DNA of 64,000 bases, taken from the NCBI GenBank assembly GCA_965202805.1, contig OZ241869.1:2720001-2784000 (forward strand). Reading direction: 5' to 3'. Below are positions 58,226 through 64,000 of the stretch, in pieces. The position numbers and the translations under genes were made by a program. The notes beneath the pieces are model-generated. The model was given only the letters and a program-made list of their open reading frames with translations. It had not been told where the DNA came from and did no database searches. Position 1 is the stretch's first letter; each line of letters opens with the position of its first letter. The stretch comes from Longimicrobiales bacterium. GTDB taxonomy: Bacteria > Gemmatimonadota > Gemmatimonadetes > Longimicrobiales > Gaopeijiaceae.

Positions 58226-61200
58226 CGCCCCACCCCCGGCACCCCCTCCGGCTCGTCGTCCCACCACCACAGCGGCGCCAGCGGCCGCTCGCGCGGATAG
58301 AGCTCGTCGAGTGTGTCGCCATCGTAGAGGCGGCCGTTCAGCATCACCCGGTCGATGGTGTTGGTGTTGCGCAGGTCGTCCAGCGGATTGGCGTCCAGGA
58401 TGACCAGGTCGGCCAGCTTGCCGGCCTCAATGGTGCCCAGGTCCTGGTCCAGCCCGATCGCCTCGGCCCCGAAGATGGTGGCCATGCGCAGGGCGTCGTG
58501 CTCGTCCATGTCCGCGGCCGCCATGGCCCACAGCTCCCAGTGGTATCCGAGCCCCTGGAGCTGCCCGTGGCTTCCGACACCCGCCTTGCCCCCGCCGTCG
58601 ACGAGGTCCTTCACGAACTCGCCGTGACGCGAGAAGGTGTGCTGGTCGCCGCGGAACCACTGCGGGCGGCGCAGGGTGCGGCTGTCGACTTCGTCGTGGG
58701 GGGTGAAGCGGCGAAGCTTGGGGTCGTCGTGCGGGTTCTCGCGGCTGTAGAAGTAGTTCTCCGCCCAGGGACCGCCGTAGGTCACCAGCAGTGTCGGCGT
58801 GTAGACCCGGCCGGTCTCGGCGAACAGCCGCACGTAGTCGTCATATACCGGAAAAATCGGGATGGAATGCTCCAGCCCCGGATATCCATCGAGGGTCTCG
58901 GTGAGGTTCTGGCGGATGTTGAGCGAGCCCTCGGTGGTGGGCATGAGCCCCAGCTCGCGCGCCGCCATGATGATGTGCTGGCGGCCCTTCCGCGCGGCCG
59001 CCACGTACATCTTGATGGTCTTGGTGTCGAAGTAGTCGGAATAGCGCCTGAGGACATCGTGCGCTTCCTCGGCGGTGTCGATCTGGTCCTGCCAGAAGAC
59101 ACCCGGCCCCGTCGAGTAGACGCGCGGCCCGAGTATCGAGCCGGTGCGGACCATGTCGGCGTACGAAAGGACCTCCGTGTTGCCGGTCTGCGGGTCGCGG
59201 GTGGTGGTCACGCCGTAGGCCAGGTTGGCCAGGTAGGGCCACACGTCCGTCCGGTGCAACTGGTCGCGCGCCCGCAGGTGCGCGTGCGTGTCCACGAAGC
59301 CGGGCACGATGGTGCGCCCCCTGACGTCGATCATGGTTGCACCATCCGGGACCATCACCGAACCGCTCCGGCCCACGGCGTCGATCCGGTTGTTGCGCAC
59401 CACGATGTCGGCGTTTTCGATGACCTCGTCGCCGTTCATCGTAATCGCGCGCGCCCCACGGAGCACTGCCAAGCCCTCGGGAATGTCCCGGGGCGCATCG
59501 ATGAGCACCCGGAACTCCGCCGCGCGGTACTCGTCATCGCCCTGTTCTTCGTCCTCGTCCTCCGCTTCCGTCTCGGCTTCCGGTTCCTCGGCCTCCTCCG
59601 CTTCCGCCTCTTCCTCGCCTTCTTCCTCCTCCGCGGCCGCCACGCTGTCCTCGAAGGCCTCGGCGGCATCCAGGTCGTAGGCGAAGTGCGCGTTGCCCAG
59701 CGACCAGTGCACCGAGCGGCCGTCGCCGCTCCAGGCCGGGAACTCGCCGCCGATGTCGGTCAGCTGGCGCGCGGGGAAGGCCGCGTTGTCGGGGTTGGAG
59801 ACGTTGATGGTGGGCGTGATGCCGATCCGGGGTACGGTCACGCTGTAGATCTGGCGCTGCAGCTCCACCAGCGCCTGGTCCCCGCGCGGCGCCATCCGGA
59901 CAGTCGTGGGCGCGAGCCCCTGGGTCGCGCCGGTCAGGGTGGCGCCCCGTACCCGCACGTGCTCCTTCTCGTCGCTGCCGTCCCAGCGAATCGACACCAG
60001 CAGGTCGGGCGGGCGGAACATGTAGATGCGGTCGTCGCCCTCCACGAAGTGCAGGTCGCGCCGCCCGTCGCTGGGCGCGATCACGGTCAACGGGCTTCCG
60101 TCATCGCCATCGGGCTCCGTCGACACCTGGACGATCTCGTTGCCGGGGGTACCGCCCTCGCCCTGGCTCTCGTAGGCGCGGATGAAGCCCCGGAGCGCCA
60201 CGAGGCGATCCCCCGGTCCCCACGCGGGCGAGAAGTAGGCGGCCGCGTCCCGGGTCAGGCGCTCGGGCTGTCCCCCACCGTCCACCCGGGACTTGTACAT
60301 GTGTCCGACCTCCCCATCCCAGGTCGCGTACGCGATCCACTCCCCGTCCGGGGACCAGGCCGGAAAGTGCTCGGAGCGGTCGGCGTCGGTGAGCCGCCTC
60401 GGGTTGGAGCCGTCGGCATCGGAGACCCACAGCCGGTCGAGCGCCGTAAACGCGAGCATGCCGCCGTCGGGCGACGGCGCCGCGTCGCGAATCTGCCGCA
60501 CGGTGAAGGTGGGCGTGTCCTCGATGGGGTAGTCGAAGTCGACCCGCGCTCCGAGCGTCAAATCCATCTGCACCCGGAACGGGATCTCCTCGGCGCCTCC
60601 ACCTTCGACCGGCAGCTTCCACATCCTGCCGCCGTAGGAAACCACCAGGTAGCGCGAGTCCGGAGTGAAGGACATGCCCGGCAGCACATCCAGCGTCGCG
60701 CGCGACTCCTGGTCGTCGTGCTGCACCGGATGCGCGAGCCAGCGCTCCTCGCTCGTCTCCAGGTCCCGGATCAGGAGCCCGGTCTGGTCGTCGTGGCGGG
60801 TCCCGAACACCAGCCAGCGTCCGTCGGGCGAGAGCGTGGGCCGCACCGCCGAGCCGTAACGTGACGACTTCGGGTAGCGCTCGCCGTCCTCGCGGTCGTA
60901 GGCCTCGAGCTGGTACTGCGGGAACTGGGCGTTGTACTGCCAGTCGCCGGTGCGGCGCGCGTACCACACGTGGCGTCCGTCGGGCGAGACCGCCGGCCCC
61001 GTCACCTTCATGTTGTCGGGCTCGGAGACGAGTTCGATGCCGCCGCCCCCGTCGACGTGGAACATCTTGAGCTTGGGCAGGTTTCCGCCCCGGAAGTTGC
61101 CGACCGCCGCGACCACGTAGTCCCCGTCCGGCATCCACTCCGGCGACTCGGTGCGATTCGACGCGCCGCGGGACACCTGCACGGTGTCCGAGCCGTCCAG

Positions 61201-61605
61201 AGACATGATCCAGACGTTCTGGCCCCCGTCGTAGTCCGAGGTGTAGACGATGCGCGTGCCGTCGGGCGAGAAGCGGGGCTGGGCGTCGAAGGCCATCCCG
61301 GAAGTCAGCTGCGTCGCGGTGCCTCCGGAGATTGGGATGGTGAAAAGGTCGCCCAGGAAGTCGAAGACGATGGTCTGCCCGTCGGGGCTCACGTCCAGCG
61401 AGATCCAGCTGCCCTCCGTCATGTCGATGGACACGGTCCGGTCGACAGGGAGGGGCAGGTTCTCGTTCTCGGGGGCGTCGTCGTCCTCTTCCGCGGCGGG
61501 CGGCTCCTGAGCGAGCGCACCTGGCGTGACCAGGAATGGAACGCCGGCGAAGACCAGCGCGAGGAGAACTGCGCGAGGGAGCGAAACGAGGCGACAGCTG
61601 TGCAT
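58222..61605 (-). CDS. Secreted amidohydrolase with N-terminal TolB/PD40 propeller
   Basis: Multiple SPDG repeats, 'PGFVDTHAH', 'GSHGQLQG' and 'GTIEAGKLADLVIL'. Confidence 0.92.
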   Translation of the reverse strand: MHSCRLVSLPRAVLLALVFAGVPFLVTPGALAQEPPAAEEDDDAPENENLPLPVDRTVSIDMTEGSWISLDVSPDGQTIVFDFLGDLFTIPISGGTATQLTSGMAFDAQPRFSPDGTRIVYTSDYDGGQNVWIMSLDGSDTVQVSRGASNRTESPEWMPDGDYVVAAVGNFRGGNLPKLKMFHVDGGGGIELVSEPDNMKVTGPAVSPDGRHVWYARRTGDWQYNAQFPQYQLEAYDREDGERYPKSSRYGSAVRPTLSPDGRWLVFGTRHDDQTGLLIRDLETSEERWLAHPVQHDDQESRATLDVLPGMSFTPDSRYLVVSYGGRMWKLPVEGGGAEEIPFRVQMDLTLGARVDFDYPIEDTPTFTVRQIRDAAPSPDGGMLAFTALDRLWVSDADGSNPRRLTDADRSEHFPAWSPDGEWIAYATWDGEVGHMYKSRVDGGGQPERLTRDAAAYFSPAWGPGDRLVALRGFIRAYESQGEGGTPGNEIVQVSTEPDGDDGSPLTVIAPSDGRRDLHFVEGDDRIYMFRPPDLLVSIRWDGSDEKEHVRVRGATLTGATQGLAPTTVRMAPRGDQALVELQRQIYSVTVPRIGITPTINVSNPDNAAFPARQLTDIGGEFPAWSGDGRSVHWSLGNAHFAYDLDAAEAFEDSVAAAEEEEGEEEAEAEEAEEPEAETEAEDEDEEQGDDEYRAAEFRVLIDAPRDIPEGLAVLRGARAITMNGDEVIENADIVVRNNRIDAVGRSGSVMVPDGATMIDVRGRTIVPGFVDTHAHLRARDQLHRTDVWPYLANLAYGVTTTRDPQTGNTEVLSYADMVRTGSILGPRVYSTGPGVFWQDQIDTAEEAHDVLRRYSDYFDTKTIKMYVAAARKGRQHIIMAARELGLMPTTEGSLNIRQNLTETLDGYPGLEHSIPIFPVYDDYVRLFAETGRVYTPTLLVTYGGPWAENYFYSRENPHDDPKLRRFTPHDEVDSRTLRRPQWFRGDQHTFSRHGEFVKDLVDGGGKAGVGSHGQLQGLGYHWELWAMAAADMDEHDALRMATIFGAEAIGLDQDLGTIEAGKLADLVILDANPLDDLRNTNTIDRVMLNGRLYDGDTLDELYPRERPLAPLWWWDDEPEGVPGVGR

Positions 61606-61690
61606 CTGGTGTCTTCCTTAAGGGAGTTCGCGAACGGGACAGACGGGCGGGCGGTCCGGAACTCACGAAGTGAACGCGCATAGAGCGCAG

Positions 61691-62060
61691 ATGCAACGCA
61701 TGAATCGACGGGATTTCCTCCGCCGCGCCGGCGGGCGGCGGCTTCGACTGCCAGAGCGCGACGCGCGTCTTCGTCCGCTTCCGGAGGCGGTTCTGGGAAG
61801 CCGAGGGAATGAACGGATGGGGGACTACCGCCTCCAGCCACCTGGCCTCCGGGACATCCTACTCCTGGCAGCGGGACCCCTGGAGCCGGGCCGCGAGGGC
61901 CGAGCCGACGCCGGAACAGGACCGCGAACTCGGGAGCGAGCTCGCCATGCCCGAAGGTCCGATTCATTCCGCAGGCGAGCAGATCTCCGGCGCCCGCGGA
62001 TGGATGAACGGCGCCCTCGAGTCGGGTCTCCGCGCCGCGGCGGAGATTCACGGAGGATGA
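61691..62060 (+). pseudogene. Collapsed relic of a Tat-exported flavin amine oxidase (L-amino acid/monoamine oxidase family)
   Basis: Tat leader MNRRDFLRR lies in one frame. 'SATRVFVRFRRRFWEAEG' and 'WQRDPWS...PEGPIHSAGEQIS..RGWMNGALESGLRAAAEI*' lie in another. The FAD-binding GxGxxG region is absent. Confidence 0.75.
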
Positions 62061-62220
62061 TCGCCCCCGGACGGGCCGGCGACGAACGTTAATCGGCTGT
62101 CCCCTGTCCCTGGATACGCGGGGAACTCGCACCGAAACCACCCATGACGTACGATGTGCTTCTGCCCGTGCACGCGGTTCGTCCAGGCTCGTGCACCCAT
62201 CGGAACCCGGAGGAAGGATC

Positions 62221-64000
62221 ATGAGGACCACCCTGCTCATCGGAGCCCTGCTCGTCACCTCGACCGCCGCCCAGGCCCAGCAACGACCGGAGCGCGACCC
62301 GAACAGCATGGGGGGCGGTGACTGCGCCGCCAACGTCTACAACTGCCGGGATACGCCCAACCCGCTGCCGGCGGCGAACACGGTCTGGATCGAGGAGATG
62401 ACGTGGATGGACGTCCGCGACGCCCTCGCCGACGGTAAGACCACCGCCATCATCCCGACCGGCGGCGTCGAGCCCAACGGCCCCTGGCTGGCCACCGGCA
62501 AGCACAACTTCGTGCTGCGCGCCAACTGCGACGCCATCGCGCGCGAGCTGGGCGACGCTCTGTGCGCTCCGGTCATCAAGCTGGTGCCCGAGGGCAGCAT
62601 CGACCCGCCCAGCGGGCACATGACCAGCCCCGGCACCCTGAGCCTGCGGCAGGAGACCTTCGAGGCGCTGCTCACGGACGTCGCCCACAGCCTGAAGATG
62701 CACGGCTTCCGCAACATCATCTTCATCGGGGACAGCGGCGGGAACCAGGGCGGGCAGCGCGCCGTGGCCGAGAAGCTGAACGAGCAGTTCGCGGGCGCGG
62801 CCGTCGTGGCGCACGTGCAGGAGTACTACGACTACAACTCCGTCACCCGCTACATGGCCTTCCGCGGACTTGAGGACGGCGAGAGCGACAACCTCCACGA
62901 CGATCCGATCATCACCCTCAACATGTTCTACGACGACCCGTTCTCGGTGCGCTACGACGAGCGCATCGCGGCGGGCAAGGCGACCATCAACGGCGTCTCC
63001 ATCGAGGACCGGGTGCAGTCGCTCGAGTGGGCTCGCGAGATCGTGGAGTTCCGCGCCGAGCACACCGCCGGGGCGATCCGCAAGGCGATCGCCAACCGGG
63101 GCACCCTCCCAGCGCCCGACAGGTCCGCGATGCGTGCCCGCTTTGCCGCCATGCGGGCCGCGGGCGGAGGTCCGCCGCAGCGCCCGGCACCCGATCCCCG
63201 CTCCATGGGCGGAGGCAACTGCAGCGCCAACGCCTACAACTGCGCGGACACCCCCAACCCGCTCCCCGAGACGAGCACGCTCTGGATCGAGGAGATGACG
63301 TGGATGGACGTCCGCGACGCGCTCGCCGGCGGCAAGACGACGGCCATCATCTCGACCGGCGGCGTCGAGCCCAACGGCCCCTGGCTGGTCACCGGCAAGC
63401 ACAACTACGTGCTTCGCGCCAACTGCCCCGCGATCGCGAGGAAGCTCGGCAACGCACTCTGCGCCCCCGTGATCGAGACCGTGCCCGAAGGCAACATCGA
63501 TCCACCCAGCGGCCACATGACCAGCCCGGGCACCATCAGCCTGCGCCAGGAGACCTTCGAGGCGGTGCTGACCGATGTCGCACACAGCCTGAAGGTGCAC
63601 GGCTTCGAGAACATCGTCCTGATCGGCGACAGCGGTGGCAACCAGCGCGGCATGGACAACGTGGCCAACGCGCTGAACGAGGCCTGGGGCGATCAGGCCG
63701 CCGTCCACTTCATCCCGGAGTACTACCGGACCCCGCCGGGCACCCCCAACGTGCTGCGCGACCTGGGGATCGTCACCGACGACATGCCGCGCGACGGGCT
63801 GCACGACAGCCCCGGAATCACGTTCAACATGATGCTCGACGACCCGGCCTCGGTGCGCTGGGCGGAGCGGGTGAGGACGGGCCAGGCGGTCATCAACGGC
63901 GTCTCCATCGCCGACTTGGGCGCGTCGCTCGAGATCGCCCGCCAGATCGCCGATGCCCGCACCGAACGTACCGCGCGCCTCATCGAGGAGAGGATCAGGA
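62221..64000 (+). CDS. Secreted tandem two-domain creatininase-family protein, 3'-partial
   Basis: Not in the ORF track because it is open at the edge. ATG 62221 follows GGAGGAAGG and leads into a signal peptide. Two copies of 'WIEEMTWMDVRDA...TGGVEPNGPWL.TGKHN...HMTSPGT.SL...IGDSGGNQ' follow. Confidence 0.88.
   Translation, partial: MRTTLLIGALLVTSTAAQAQQRPERDPNSMGGGDCAANVYNCRDTPNPLPAANTVWIEEMTWMDVRDALADGKTTAIIPTGGVEPNGPWLATGKHNFVLRANCDAIARELGDALCAPVIKLVPEGSIDPPSGHMTSPGTLSLRQETFEALLTDVAHSLKMHGFRNIIFIGDSGGNQGGQRAVAEKLNEQFAGAAVVAHVQEYYDYNSVTRYMAFRGLEDGESDNLHDDPIITLNMFYDDPFSVRYDERIAAGKATINGVSIEDRVQSLEWAREIVEFRAEHTAGAIRKAIANRGTLPAPDRSAMRARFAAMRAAGGGPPQRPAPDPRSMGGGNCSANAYNCADTPNPLPETSTLWIEEMTWMDVRDALAGGKTTAIISTGGVEPNGPWLVTGKHNYVLRANCPAIARKLGNALCAPVIETVPEGNIDPPSGHMTSPGTISLRQETFEAVLTDVAHSLKVHGFENIVLIGDSGGNQRGMDNVANALNEAWGDQAAVHFIPEYYRTPPGTPNVLRDLGIVTDDMPRDGLHDSPGITFNMMLDDPASVRWAERVRTGQAVINGVSIADLGASLEIARQIADARTERTARLIEERIR

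Noticed and set aside
55864..60864. 1666-aa plus-strand ORF
   Set aside because: It is a shadow frame: off-frame over the GMC and YdeI genes, then antisense to the amidohydrolase. The composition is Arg/Pro-rich with no motifs, which is typical of high-GC DNA.

Overview
GC-rich bacterial chromosomal window. Gene content and the many secreted peptidases and beta-propeller proteins suggest Gemmatimonadota, but this is inference only. It holds one tRNA-Pro(GGG) and about 45 CDS. These include core genes (lpdA, ispH, fxsA, M42 peptidase), catabolic genes (fused hydantoinase/oxoprolinase, glcDE, mmsA with a class III aminotransferase, GMC oxidoreductase module, amidase, penicillin acylase, S9/M14/S51 peptidases), a BlaI/M56 pair, a ccdA-tlpA pair and surface proteins. 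I found no CRISPR array, integrase or transposase. The strongest hidden signal is a MerB (organomercurial lyase)-like gene that the ORF track cuts at an in-frame TGA (29766-29768). The frame continues 75 codons to a stop that overlaps the next start (ATGA). The TGA sits at the position of MerB catalytic Cys159 and is followed by an fdhF-like SECIS hairpin with a GGUC loop. This points to a selenocysteine-containing MerB-like lyase, with no mer operon in the window, coupled to a cyanophycinase-like lipoprotein gene. Other unannotated items are two mutually similar tiny cationic amphipathic peptide ORFs, a CTAG-bounded MITE-like element, a truncated blaI, a collapsed flavin amine oxidase relic and a secreted tandem creatininase-like protein with altered metal ligands.
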